A DNA stretch of 64,000 nucleotides, from positions 2,592,001 through 2,656,000 of the forward strand of contig OZ242311.1 in assembly GCA_965207885.1 (NCBI GenBank). Direction: 5' to 3'. Made by a program: the position numbers and the translations under genes. This document shows, in pieces, positions 19,622-29,481 of this stretch. Positions within the stretch are counted from its first letter, which is position 1. Each line of letters starts with the position of its first letter. Source of the stretch: Candidatus Latescibacterota bacterium (GTDB taxonomy: Bacteria; Latescibacterota; UBA2968). The notes beneath the pieces were generated by a model, which did not search any database, was not told the origin of the DNA, and was given only the letters and a program-made list of their open reading frames with translations.

Positions 19622-19837
19622 CTACCACCTTGCGGCGGCAGCTTTTTTCGCTATTTCTTTGCGTCGCTTTGGCGAGAGTGCTTTTGCACGGGCACGCCCA
19701 CCTGCGACCCCTCCTTTTCGTTTGCCTGGCTGTTTGTATTTCGTATCTTCTATTTCACCGGTTGCAATACGTGCTACTGTTACAGCACAAGATACGACAT
19801 CGCCAGGGCGCTTTTCTCCGTTTGGTCCCTTTGGCAT
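19622..19837 (-). CDS. small basic histone-H1-like/putative RNA-binding protein associated with IS1 elements
   Basis: MPKGPNGEKRP.D, GG.ARA..LS..RR.EIAKKAA.ARW; AGGAGG RBS. Confidence 0.85.
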   Translation of the reverse strand: MPKGPNGEKRPGDVVSCAVTVARIATGEIEDTKYKQPGKRKGGVAGGRARAKALSPKRRKEIAKKAAAARW

Positions 19838-20226
19838 AGTCGGTTGCCCTCCTGAATCCTGAATGTATTTCTCTTGTGAACGAACGAAATCTGCGGGTTA
19901 AGTTGAATAATAAAGTACGCACCGTACCCCTGTCAACAGAAAACCGCAAATTTTCAAACTGAGACACTACCCACGGATCGGCTGACTCCTCCCGGGTATT
20001 TTCGCCAGGTCGCAGGATCATCCCGCAATACGCCCTCTCTCTCCAGCCGACGCCAGATCGTTGATTCCATCTCTGCGGCGTCTTCGGGCGTAAAGGCGCG
20101 CACCTTGACGTAGCCTCGGGTGGAGAGCTGCTCAAGGTCTTGTTCATTCAGTGGTCCATCAATCGTCATGGAATTGCCTTTCTACATCGGTGAATAAAAA
20201 AATGAATTCGCCACTGATGTCAATCA

Positions 20227-20323
20227 TGGCAGAGGGTGTGGGGATCGAACCCATATACGGGATATCCCACAGGATACCCGTAGCCCTCGGTTTGGAAGCC
20301 TCGGGGCCAGCACCACTGGCTCA
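20227..20323 (-). tRNA. non-canonical tRNA-like gene (allo-tRNA/tRNA-Sec-like), 5' acceptor strand missing; probable pseudogene
   Basis: D-arm GCCAG-TGGTG-CTGGC, anticodon arm with loop CTTCCAAA, 11-bp variable arm, T-arm TGGG-TTCGATC-CCCA, 3' end CACCCTCT-G-CCA. Confidence 0.7.
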
Positions 20324-20402
20324 ATAATACGACGATGTCATAAAATGGAATGTTTCGGATGGGATAGGGGAGACTACACCTTATTGGTCTCGAAGCGCTT
20401 GC

Positions 20403-20426
20403 GTCTAACGATGGGGGTGGTTGATG
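20403..20426 (-). other. collapsed attC-like site (CATCAAC, 10 nt, GTTAGAC)
   Basis: Perfect GTTRRRY core just downstream of the methyltransferase stop. Confidence 0.5.
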
Positions 20427-20437
20427 TGGCAGGGCTT

Positions 20438-21199
20438 TTATTCAGGCTTACGACAGGAAAAAACGACGATATCATGCTCCGATGGTTCGGTATCCCCGTA
20501 AGCTTTCGTCGTCTGTATATCCATAAATCCTGCAGTACGCAGCATTTCTTCAAATTCAACTATGTCATAAAACCGCTCATTATAGTCGAACAGTTCCGTC
20601 GTAGTGAGCTCTCCATTCACATACACTTCATATTTGGTCAGGTTGCGAATAACAAGTCCACCGTCTCTTTCAGACCATAATGAAGTAATCCAAACAGTCG
20701 AACCATCAAGCCGGTCTTCGATTTCAATTTCCGTTTCGCCTGATTTTCCAAACTCACCTTCTTCAGGTGGCGTCTTGAGGTCCAGAACAAACCATCCACC
20801 GGGCAAGAGATAGTCCCAGAGTTTCTGAAGCGATTTCTGAGCAGCTTCCCGTTCATAGAGATGACCAAATGAACGGTCCGGGATGAAAATGAATCCATAT
20901 TGTCGCGACAGGTTGATCTCTTCAATCAACTGTTGATGCAGCGAGGGATCTAAGCCCTTCTCTGCGCATTTCTTACGACATTCAGCCAGCATATATGGTG
21001 AAGCATCTACCCCATCAATATCCGCTCCTGCTTCCAGAAAGGGGATTAGAAAATATCCTGTTCCACACATCGGTTCAAGGACCGGGCCTGGTCTTCCAGC
21101 TTTCTTCCACTTGTTCAGGTAGAACGGAAGCATATCGCCGCGTCTTCCTTCCAGGTCGTAGCTTTGAGAGTAGATTCTTCCGTAAAAGGACTGCTTCAA
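20438..21199 (-). CDS. class I SAM-dependent methyltransferase (homolog of the R1 repeat source)
   Basis: VLEPMCGTG, GVDAS; TTG start after GAGGAG. Confidence 0.88.
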   Translation of the reverse strand: MKQSFYGRIYSQSYDLEGRRGDMLPFYLNKWKKAGRPGPVLEPMCGTGYFLIPFLEAGADIDGVDASPYMLAECRKKCAEKGLDPSLHQQLIEEINLSRQYGFIFIPDRSFGHLYEREAAQKSLQKLWDYLLPGGWFVLDLKTPPEEGEFGKSGETEIEIEDRLDGSTVWITSLWSERDGGLVIRNLTKYEVYVNGELTTTELFDYNERFYDIVEFEEMLRTAGFMDIQTTKAYGDTEPSEHDIVVFSCRKPE

Positions 21200-21237
21200 G
21201 TTTGGGGTCTCCTCAACACATCGGTTCAGTGAAATAT

Positions 21238-22467
21238 TTAATGGATGTGTCTGATCCTGGGATCTCTGAAGTTCACGGACGACCACCACAGTCCCAGAGC
21301 TATTCCACCCTTTCGGTATGAGTTGTCCGTTACTTGATTAACCAGCTTTCCGTCGATGTAACTCGTCAACGACTGCGCGCGTGCTGCGATCAGAATATTG
21401 TACTCGCGACCCTTTTCAAAAGGGAAGTTGACAACACTCAGCTTGTCCACTTCTCCAGCACCAGGTTCCATTTTGCTGATGGCGATGGCCTGCCAACCAT
21501 AGAGGAAATTGAGCATGTAGTAGGCTTGTCCTTCCTCTGAAACGCGGAAGTGTATTTGCACATCCGGTCCTTCAATTAGCGTGCATAGAGCTGAGATTTC
21601 GTAGTCGCGCCAATTCGCATCTCCCTGGACAATTCGGCTTGTCTTCTCGGCTGGCACTTTCCCCATGACTGCATTGCCGTTGCGAGTCCACGATATCCCT
21701 CGCTCTGCTGGCGTGGAATTGGCCAACGGCACATCGGTCTCGCACCAACCTTCTAACCCATCACCCCGCAGGAGCGGTTCCCATGTAATATCGCCTTCCA
21801 TTCCCCCTAACCCCGATCGGCCGAAATCATCTTCTGGCCCTGAGGCGTTGAAATTTTTTGTTTTCATTTGGATCATTTCTCCTTTCAGTTTTCTTCGTGC
21901 CCGATTGAGCCGACTCTTGACGGTTCCCAGAGGAACGCCTAACGTATTTGAAACGCTCTGCTGATCAAGACCGACAAAATAGTGGAGAACCACCGTGATC
22001 TTGTCGTCCGTTGGGAGTTTGTTTATCGCAAACCACAGGTGATTCAACCGATTAAACTCGTCCAACTGTTCGGCAGGTGTACTCACCAGATCCCGTTCTC
22101 TGAGCCAGTTCTCGTCTATGCGATGCCGCTTCCTCTTGTCCAATACATCAAGTGCTGTATTGCGGGCAATTTGACTGATCCAGGGGGCAAACTTCCTACC
22201 GTTCTTCAGGCTATACAATCGGCTGTACGCAGAAACGAACGTGTCTTGCACCACATCGTCGGCGTCTTCTCTCCGTCCCGTAATGGCCCAGCCAATTCCG
22301 TAAATAAGACGGATATAACGGCCAGAAAGGATGTTGAATGCACCCATATCGCCGGACCCTGCTCGTTGCACCAGCAGGTCGTCAGTGGCATCGTTGAGGT
22401 CAGTGTGGGATGTAGGTAATGACCGCGGCATTTGCCTAATAGACCGAAAAAGCTGCCAAAGGTTCAC
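21238..22467 (-). CDS. ECF sigma factor with C-terminal DUF1080-like beta-sandwich domain
   Basis: ADDVVQDTF, WISQIARN, GTVKSRLNRAR; C-terminal DGLEGW, GDANWRDY, GGIAL; exact start uncertain. Confidence 0.85.
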   Translation of the reverse strand: MNLWQLFRSIRQMPRSLPTSHTDLNDATDDLLVQRAGSGDMGAFNILSGRYIRLIYGIGWAITGRREDADDVVQDTFVSAYSRLYSLKNGRKFAPWISQIARNTALDVLDKRKRHRIDENWLRERDLVSTPAEQLDEFNRLNHLWFAINKLPTDDKITVVLHYFVGLDQQSVSNTLGVPLGTVKSRLNRARRKLKGEMIQMKTKNFNASGPEDDFGRSGLGGMEGDITWEPLLRGDGLEGWCETDVPLANSTPAERGISWTRNGNAVMGKVPAEKTSRIVQGDANWRDYEISALCTLIEGPDVQIHFRVSEEGQAYYMLNFLYGWQAIAISKMEPGAGEVDKLSVVNFPFEKGREYNILIAARAQSLTSYIDGKLVNQVTDNSYRKGGIALGLWWSSVNFRDPRIRHIH

Positions 22468-22515
22468 AGAATTTTGAGCTTAAAAAAATAAACACAAAAA
22501 GCAACTTTTATGACT

Positions 22516-22576
22516 CGGCTATGATCGTCGGATCAACGCCTGGGGGATATGCCAATGCCGCACCGTGCTGTCAGCC
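22516..22576 (-). other. degenerate attC-like site
   Basis: CGGCTGAC-AGCAC-GGTG left arm (compare 5855 and 5241) and CATAGCCG at the right end; both cores mutated. Confidence 0.4.
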
Positions 22577-22606
22577 GCTGGTGCCTGTCGATCTCCCCAA
22601 TCATTT

Positions 22607-23743
22607 CTATGTCGTGTCGATCCACCAGTGATACACGTTCGTCAAGTGCTGTTCATACGCATGCGACGCCTGTAGCAGCAGCCGATTCCGCTTGTGTGGA
22701 TTTAGCGATCCGACCACGATGCTGTTCGAATATGCTGCGATTCCCTCCTCGCGCATCCTCAAGTAGATGCCGTCATCCCAAGCAAGGCCATCTCGTGAAG
22801 CATACAGAACAAAGTGACCTTTTTCCTCTTTCTTACCCTGCAAGAATGCACTGCGTCCGTGCATGAAATAACTGCCGTTTAGCACGGCCATCTGAGGATT
22901 TCGGATTCTCTTCTGGAAGTGCGCGATCTTCGGGTCGGACCAGGTGTGGCCGCAGTCGTCGCTAACCACATAGTCCATCGTGTGCTCAGCCTTGCTGTTG
23001 TATATGTACACAATGATGCTTCCGTTATCGCGTATCCCCATGGTTCCGTACGATTTCCCGATGGTGTCGAAGGGAAGCTCGCTGCGCTTCACGAACGTCC
23101 GGCCACCGTCTCGGCTCACGTGCAACTCGTACACATGCTCGGGCTTGTTGCCCAGGAAATTGATCTCGTTGTCGTTCTTGAAGTGCAACACGAGTATCTC
23201 TCTGTTGTGATACTTTGCATCGTAGAGCCTGCCCCGACTGTCGCACAGTGCAGACGGCTCACGCCATGTGTGCCCTCCATCCGGACTGCTGATGTATGTC
23301 GGCACCTGAAATTGCCTCCAAATGACATTGGTCGTGATATCACATACAAGGAAAAAGAGGACGATTTCACCCTTGTCCGTCCGAACTGCCTTCTCGGCGA
23401 AGGCGGACAGTTTCTTGCTGGTCTTCCCGCTCTGCCCGGTGTCGAACAGGTTCTTCGAATAGGCAACCACGTTCCGGTCGCTCCATGTTTCGCCGCTGTC
23501 TTCCGAACGCTTGTATTCCATCCAGCCCCTGGCCGAGTGGCCCCTGTTAGGCTTCTCCGGGTTGTGGCGTTCGGCGGAGCAGTTCGGATAGAAGGCGAGG
23601 ATCTTCCCGTCTTCATACTCCACCAGTGCGTGCCCGAGATTTCCACCTCTTCTTGCCGGGGCGTGATCGACGAAGAGAATCCCATCATTCGGTGGGTTTT
23701 TTGGGGTGATCTCATAATCTGCTTTGTTTGGATGCGCGTCCAT
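22607..23743 (-). CDS. sialidase-like BNR-repeat protein
   Basis: Asp-boxes SEDSGETW, SPDGGHTW, SRDGGRTF, SDDCGHTW, SRDGLAW. Confidence 0.88.
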   Translation of the reverse strand: MDAHPNKADYEITPKNPPNDGILFVDHAPARRGGNLGHALVEYEDGKILAFYPNCSAERHNPEKPNRGHSARGWMEYKRSEDSGETWSDRNVVAYSKNLFDTGQSGKTSKKLSAFAEKAVRTDKGEIVLFFLVCDITTNVIWRQFQVPTYISSPDGGHTWREPSALCDSRGRLYDAKYHNREILVLHFKNDNEINFLGNKPEHVYELHVSRDGGRTFVKRSELPFDTIGKSYGTMGIRDNGSIIVYIYNSKAEHTMDYVVSDDCGHTWSDPKIAHFQKRIRNPQMAVLNGSYFMHGRSAFLQGKKEEKGHFVLYASRDGLAWDDGIYLRMREEGIAAYSNSIVVGSLNPHKRNRLLLQASHAYEQHLTNVYHWWIDTT

Positions 23744-23763
23744 AAGTGTCTTCCTGGATGAAT

Positions 23764-25212
23764 TTAAATGCCTTTGTAGATATTGGAGGAGTACATTTCG
23801 AAGCCTTCGGGGCCGGGGTAGCCGTCGAAGAGGTTGCATTCGGGTACATTGCCGGGCGCGCCATTTTTGAGCCAGTTGATGAAGGTGGGGTCGGCATTGC
23901 GGTGTTTGAGTTCGGCGAGGCCCGACGCGTGAAGGTCTTGAACGCGATCGGGGTTTTCAGAAGCGATATTGTCCAGAGAGCCGTAGGGGGTGAGGATGCT
24001 GTCTTCGGGGTTGGGGTGCCATTCGAGATAGCCTTCCTGGTCGAAGACGGTAAAGTACCCGCGTTGAAGATGTCGCATCGCTTTGCCGCGCGCCACGCCT
24101 GATAGGGCGATTTCGCGGTTGCCCAGGCTGTTTTCACGCGCAGCTTTGAGGATGTCATAACTTTCGATATTATCGGGTATAGGCGCGCCTGATAGGTTGG
24201 CGATGGTGGCGAAGAAATCTTGTGGTTGAAAGATGGCAGAACTGCGACCTGTGTCGCCTTCGGGGGTTTTGATGAAAAGTGGGATGTGGATTTCTTGTTC
24301 GCGAACAGGTGCGCCTTTGCCGAATCTGCCGCGTTCACCGACGTTGGTGCCGTGATCGCCTGCGACGAGGATGGCGGTGTTTTTATCCAGGCCTGTGGCT
24401 TCAAGGGCTTCGAGAAAGCGGCCAAAGCAGTGGTCCATCCAGGTGACTTTGGCTGCGTAACTGGCTTTGATGCGTGCCCTGGCTGCGTCGGGTAAGTTGG
24501 GATTGCTGCGGGCTTGCGTTCCTCCTTTAAATATGCGAGGATCGAGCCGACCGTCATAGCCGGGCGTTTTGTCGTATTTGAGCATGAATTCGGGGGGTAC
24601 ATCCCAGGGTTCGTGAGGGTCGAAACAGTCGGTCCAGAGGAAGAAATTTCCCCGGTTTTTATTGTCGCGGAGAAACTCGGCGGCGGTGTTGAAGAGTCTG
24701 GCGCAGTTCCAGTCGTCTAAGTTTTCGCGACCTCTGTTGGTGCGGGCATATTGAATGGTTGGTATTGGGAGTTCGTCTTCGAGGATGTCAAAGAGCGGAT
24801 CTTTTGCCCAGTTGCTGGGCCATTTGGCTTCGTCATTTATCCAGGCGCGGTCAACTTCGGCACCGCGGATGAAGGTCCAGGTGTGAAAGGGATAATCGAA
24901 GGCGTGCCCCCCGTTGACGAGGTGGGGGGTGTCGTGCAGGAGTTGCGTCGCGTAGCCTGCTTCGCCGAGGATATACGGCAGTGCGTTGGTGTTGAAGGGC
25001 AGTGGTTTCCAGGCGTGAAAGGGACTGCCGTATTTGCCGGTCATGACGTCGGTGCGATAGGGGATGGTGGGAAAGCTCGCTGCGAAGGCACGGTCGAAAC
25101 ACCAGGATTGTGAGGCTAAGCGATCGAGGTTGGGGGTTTCGATCCAGTCATTGCCGTTGGCACCGATATAGTCGTAGCGCATGGTGTCGATGATTAAGAG
25201 AATGATGTTCAT
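23764..25212 (-). CDS. sulfatase-family hydrolase with Thr at the nucleophile position
   Basis: IIDTMRYD, TPNLDRLA, PTIPYR, DPHEPW, GDHG. Confidence 0.88.
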   Translation of the reverse strand: MNIILLIIDTMRYDYIGANGNDWIETPNLDRLASQSWCFDRAFAASFPTIPYRTDVMTGKYGSPFHAWKPLPFNTNALPYILGEAGYATQLLHDTPHLVNGGHAFDYPFHTWTFIRGAEVDRAWINDEAKWPSNWAKDPLFDILEDELPIPTIQYARTNRGRENLDDWNCARLFNTAAEFLRDNKNRGNFFLWTDCFDPHEPWDVPPEFMLKYDKTPGYDGRLDPRIFKGGTQARSNPNLPDAARARIKASYAAKVTWMDHCFGRFLEALEATGLDKNTAILVAGDHGTNVGERGRFGKGAPVREQEIHIPLFIKTPEGDTGRSSAIFQPQDFFATIANLSGAPIPDNIESYDILKAARENSLGNREIALSGVARGKAMRHLQRGYFTVFDQEGYLEWHPNPEDSILTPYGSLDNIASENPDRVQDLHASGLAELKHRNADPTFINWLKNGAPGNVPECNLFDGYPGPEGFEMYSSNIYKGI

Positions 25213-25249
25213 TGTAAATCTCCGAAGACGGATGGACGAATTAAGACCC

Positions 25250-25313
25250 TTGAAATCGCAATAAGCTATAGACCCATTTGTCCCGACACAATAGGAATAC
25301 ATACTGATCGGGC
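25250..25313 (-). repeat. fragment X, diverged copy of 32322-32381
   Basis: ATAAGCT.TAGA.CCATTTGTCCCGA...AATACA.AC..TCGGGC shared. Confidence 0.7.
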
Positions 25314-25395
25314 TGCCATTTCTTCATTGCTTTCTCTCGCGGATTTGTTCATATAAACAAGCCGTTATTATCTTTTTAAAACAGGAGGTTATCAG

Positions 25396-26376
25396 ATGTC
25401 CAAGCCGCTTTATCAACTGGACTGGCAGCGTTGGGAGCAGCCGGTTCTGTCGGGGATGACCACAAACCAGGACTGGTGCCGGGTGACGTTGTACAGCCCG
25501 ACTGTTCTCCGTATGGGCGATACGTACAAAATGTGGTACCTGGGCAACCGAACGGCCACGCGTACGAGCGATATGGATCTGGGGTATGCCGAGTCCCCGG
25601 ATGGGCTGACCTGGACGCCACATCCGGACAATCCGATCCTCAGCGGCGGGTTGCCGTGGGGCCGTGCGTGGCAAACGCCGCACGTGATTTTCGACAGCGA
25701 TGAGAATCTTTACAAGATGTGGTTCGTGATGGCTGACAGCCGTCCGGGTGAGGGGGGTAGGGCGATCGTTCTGGGACAGAAGCTGGGGTATGCGACCAGT
25801 TTCGACGGTCTGGCATGGGAGGCCTACTCCAAGTCGATCTATCCGAGCGGGCGGGGGCCGTGCGTGTTGAAGGAGGGACCAAATGCCTACCGCATGTGGA
25901 TGTGTTCATCCCCCAGTCCGGACGGAGAATTTGGAGATCTGGTCGGGAATATCTACCACTTCGAATCGACCGACGGCATCGCCTGGACGCGGGATCCCGA
26001 ACCGATGATCCGGGCCACGGAAACGCACCGGAGCGTGGTCTATCCGAGCGTTTTGCGGGATGGGCAGGGATATACGATGTGGTACGGATGCCATGTGGAG
26101 GGAGGAATCTTTGAGATTTTCTGTTCAACGTCGGAGGACGGACTGAATTGGACGCACCACCTGAAGGAGTCTTCGTTTCCCGCAACACGCGATCCGAACG
26201 ATTTCGACGGACGATACACATCTACGCCATGCGTACTGGACGACGGTGACCGCTACCTGATGTACTATTCCGCCCGAGACTGGGGAAACCTCTACCGGGC
26301 TGGGGACGGGACGATTAAGACCGACGGCGCGGGTATTTATCGCCACATCGGAGTGGCCGTATGTCCGAAGGAATAA
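25396..26376 (+). CDS. five-bladed beta-propeller glycoside hydrolase-like protein
   Basis: Repeated YKMWY/GYAESPDGLTW/STDGIAW blades. Confidence 0.8.
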   Translation: MSKPLYQLDWQRWEQPVLSGMTTNQDWCRVTLYSPTVLRMGDTYKMWYLGNRTATRTSDMDLGYAESPDGLTWTPHPDNPILSGGLPWGRAWQTPHVIFDSDENLYKMWFVMADSRPGEGGRAIVLGQKLGYATSFDGLAWEAYSKSIYPSGRGPCVLKEGPNAYRMWMCSSPSPDGEFGDLVGNIYHFESTDGIAWTRDPEPMIRATETHRSVVYPSVLRDGQGYTMWYGCHVEGGIFEIFCSTSEDGLNWTHHLKESSFPATRDPNDFDGRYTSTPCVLDDGDRYLMYYSARDWGNLYRAGDGTIKTDGAGIYRHIGVAVCPKE

Positions 26377-27371
26377 ACCGATTTATTCGAAGATAGCCAA
26401 TCTAACTACCCCACCAAAACGAGTCAAGTCCACTCAGACTTTAACGTTGCTCCGACGACTTTATTCGCTTCACGACGGGAGCTCTCTTCCTTGGAGGATA
26501 ATCTGGGTGCAACCCGGCCATTCGCGGCGTCTGGGGACGGATCGGTCCCCAGTTGATCGCATAGGGGTGATCCTTACAGAGTTGCTCGATCTTTTCCCAG
26601 GCGGCGAGTACGTTCGCCTCTTCCCTTTTGTCTCCGTTCCAATACCGGGTCATTCCAGCGCGAATGTCGATCATGTGGCGGGTGTGATCCAGGCCTATGC
26701 GGACGAAATCGATCCGCGCCCCGAATCGCTCCGGTTCGTCCGTAACCTTGCGTGACGCCTGGTCGAGTAGCGCGTAAGCGCGGTCGAAGAACGCCTTGTC
26801 ATAGACATCCGGGTATGCTCGTTCACTTGCCCAAAAGATGCTGCGCGTCTCCTCCATCAGATTCCAATAGGCCTCGAGTTCCGTGGCTGCTGGGCCGAAT
26901 GCACGTTGATAGTAATTCTGTAGAATCGCCTGCCCATCCTGCGACGGATCCCACAAGAGATGCGCCATGAGATAGTATTGTGGCCCGTGCGTTGCCCAGT
27001 GTTCCCATACCATATCGACAAAGATGCCCATCGCTTTTTCACCGATCAGTTTGAAGTCCTCAATTGCTTGTATGAGAGCCACATCCGGCTGCCCCTGAGG
27101 CCAGCCTGCGGGGTCACCGACATTGGGTCGCCACATCATGTGCTTCGCGACCTTCGACCACGCGATGTATTGCTCTTTGTGTGTGGAACCCCTGGTCGAA
27201 CCACGGTCGATCAGGCCGTCTCGGTTGAGGAAATTCGCCACGCTTGCCACAATGACATTCTCTGCCGGAACTTCGCGAATCGGAGCAGGCCGGGAATGCC
27301 CGTAGGCCAGCATCATGACATAGTAGTCTCGATCCGGATAGCGCTGCTTGAGTAGCCGCGCACATGTGTTA

Positions 27372-28308
27372 GGTAGTGTCTGAAAAGTCGTAAAGTATGT
27401 ATTTTAGTTGCAGCATACGCCCTAAACCAAGGAGTATGATATGCAACGGAGATATGAACTGCGCGACGAGGCTTGGCATCTGATCCAAGACCTGTTCCCA
27501 CCGCCGAAGAAGATGGGTCGTCCCCGTCGGGATGATCGTACATTATTCAACGGGATCTTCTGGATATTGTGTTCAGGTGCAGCTTGGCGCGACCTGCCAG
27601 AACGATATGGTCCTTGGCAGACAGCCTTTGACCGATTCTGCAAATGGAAACAGGATGGCACCTTTGATCGCATTGTAGAAAAGCTACATCTCAAATTGGG
27701 TGAAGATGGTCTTTTAGATTATGCGACCTGGATGATGGATGCAACCCATATTCGAGCCACACAAGCCGCGGCAGGAGCGAAAAAAAAAGGGCAAAAAGGG
27801 TGAAGAAGAGCCCCCAGATCACGCTTTAGGACGCTCTCGTGGCGGTTTGACCACGAAAATCCATCTTCTTTGCGATGCAGTCGGGCATCCTTTAGCAGTG
27901 GATCTTCTCCCTGGTAACCAGTCAGAATCCACACAGGCTGAAAGGCTACTGTCAAAGGTATGCATACCCACCAAACGAGGGCGTCCAAGAAACCGACCCA
28001 AGTATCTGGTAGCTGATAAATCTTATGATGTCTCACGCATCAGAGTCTATCTACGCAAACGGGGTATCAAGGCTGCTATCCCAAACAAGGCGATTCCCAA
28101 AGGCAGAAAACGGCGTAAGAGAGGACCACGGCCTAAGTGTGATAAAAGATTATATGCCAAACGCAATATCGTGGAGCGTCTCTTTGGTTGGCTTAAACAC
28201 TGCCGACGGATTGTGACCCGATTTGAAAAAAAGGCGACTCATTTTCTCACTATGGTCAAGCTGGCCTGTATCAGACAACTCTTCAAAGCTTACTTTTCAG
28301 ACACTACC
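27372..28308 (+). mobile_element. IS5-family insertion sequence (IS427-like), 937 bp
   Basis: 17-bp terminal IR GGTAGTGTCTGAAAAGT, flanked by duplicated TA. Confidence 0.92.
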
Positions 28309-28311
28309 TAG
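27441..28311 (+). CDS. IS5-family transposase in two ORFs, probable -1 frameshift at the A9 run (27780-27788)
   Basis: GAAWRDLPERYGPW, MDAT, GRSRGGLTTKIH, ADKSYD, RNIVERLF..LK..RRI.TRFEK. Confidence 0.92.
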
Positions 28312-29366
28312 CAAACCGGACGTGTCGATCAGATAGTGCGGGCCGTTCCTGCCTGGTCCCTTTCCAGTGAAACGAACGGAGTTCGCCATCCGGATGGTCC
28401 CAGGCGCAACAGGGCTCACAAACACAATGCCCGCTAGCCCAGCCGTCGTTAGGCGACGCATTGAAGACGCGTTGATTTGGGTTTTGTTTTAGTGCTTTCT
28501 CGACATCCGCGAGCCATTGCTGCGGTACCTCCGGATTCGATTGGCAGAGCTTGGCGTATTTGGGTTGTGGAAATCCGCTCCGCGTTCCGTCAGGCTGAAG
28601 GGCGAAGTATTCGGGGTGTGTTTCATGAAATCGCTCCCACCAGTCGCGGAATCCATGCCCCCCTTCCATTTCGAGGGAACCCAACTGCAGCCGTTGACGG
28701 CGTGTCCACTTCTGGGATCGACCGTATGATCCCCTGGGCGCCAGCCTGGAGTAACTGAACAGTCCGGCCCGGAAACGAAGACTGGGATGGTAGCGATAGC
28801 TGAAGGTCGCGAAGCGGATGGATTCCTGCGGGATGATATCCTCGCCGAGATCGCCAGGCCAGAGCCAACGCACGCCGAGTCGATCGTGCAGAAACGTATA
28901 GATCGCATTTACAGTCCCATACTCTTGCTGGATTCCCTCGATCCGTTTCCCGTTGATCTGTGCAATCAGGTGGTTGGGATCCCAACGGTCTCGCCCCGCG
29001 ATTACGAGGTGCTTTTCGCTCGCCGCGATGACGATTTCCTCGGGGTGTTGGAAGTCGAAGTCGATATTTGGAAACAGCGAATCAAGCGCCGGTTGGTAAC
29101 CCACCCAGATGGCCCGATCTGGGAATTGGCGGGGTGGACCGTCGATCCATTCCGGTCGAGTGCCACAGGTTTTCTCGATGTAATCGGCAAGATCAATCGC
29201 GGCTTTGCGCGTGAATGGTGGTGCATCTGGAAAGAGGATCAGCGGCGCCGGTTTGATCCCGGCTTTTTTGTCCACGAGGGTGAACTCGGCGGTATCGGCT
29301 GCTGAAATCGAGGTTAGCACGATGGAAACGGTGCGGAGCAGCTTGATTTTTTTTAACATGTTTTAT

Positions 29367-29475
29367 TCCATTCATATACACTTAATATTTGGTTAGGTTG
29401 AGAATGACTTGCCCTCAGTCTCTTTAAAAGGACTGCTTCAACCTCAACAAATCGGTTCAGTAGCCCGTATTATGC
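29367..29475 (-). repeat. R1 repeat, copy a
   Basis: Matches 34933-35058 and 40471-40537; mosaic of 21183-21230 and 20604-20670. Confidence 0.9.
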
Positions 29476-29481
29476 ACTGTC

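Larger units (their letters stand above)
17206..19971 (-). mobile_element. IS1-family element carrying passenger genes, 2766 bp
   Basis: Perfect 20-bp terminal IR GGTAGTGTCTCAGTTTGAAA; 8-bp duplication CACGGATC at 17198-17205 and 19972-19979. Confidence 0.93.
16604..20169 (-). pseudogene. PhyH-family 2OG-Fe(II) dioxygenase interrupted by an IS1-family element (5' part 19972-20169, 3' part 16604-17205)
   Basis: Removing the IS and one target duplication gives in-frame ...YPGGVSRSV|RNSRIFREAM...; GGGTVLVEGSH, GDPGE, distal His. Confidence 0.85.
26441..29359 (-). pseudogene. DUF4838-like exported protein interrupted by an IS5-family element
   Basis: THPEYFAL, LCQSNP, SPNDG, CVCEPC; IS removal restores ...HVRFA|NTCARLLKQRYPD...MLAYG in frame. 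Confidence 0.85.

Noticed and set aside
20227-20323. Functional selC
   Set aside because: Acceptor plus T-stem is 12 bp rather than 13, the loop is CTTCCAAA rather than CTTCAAA, the 5' strand is absent, and no sel genes are nearby
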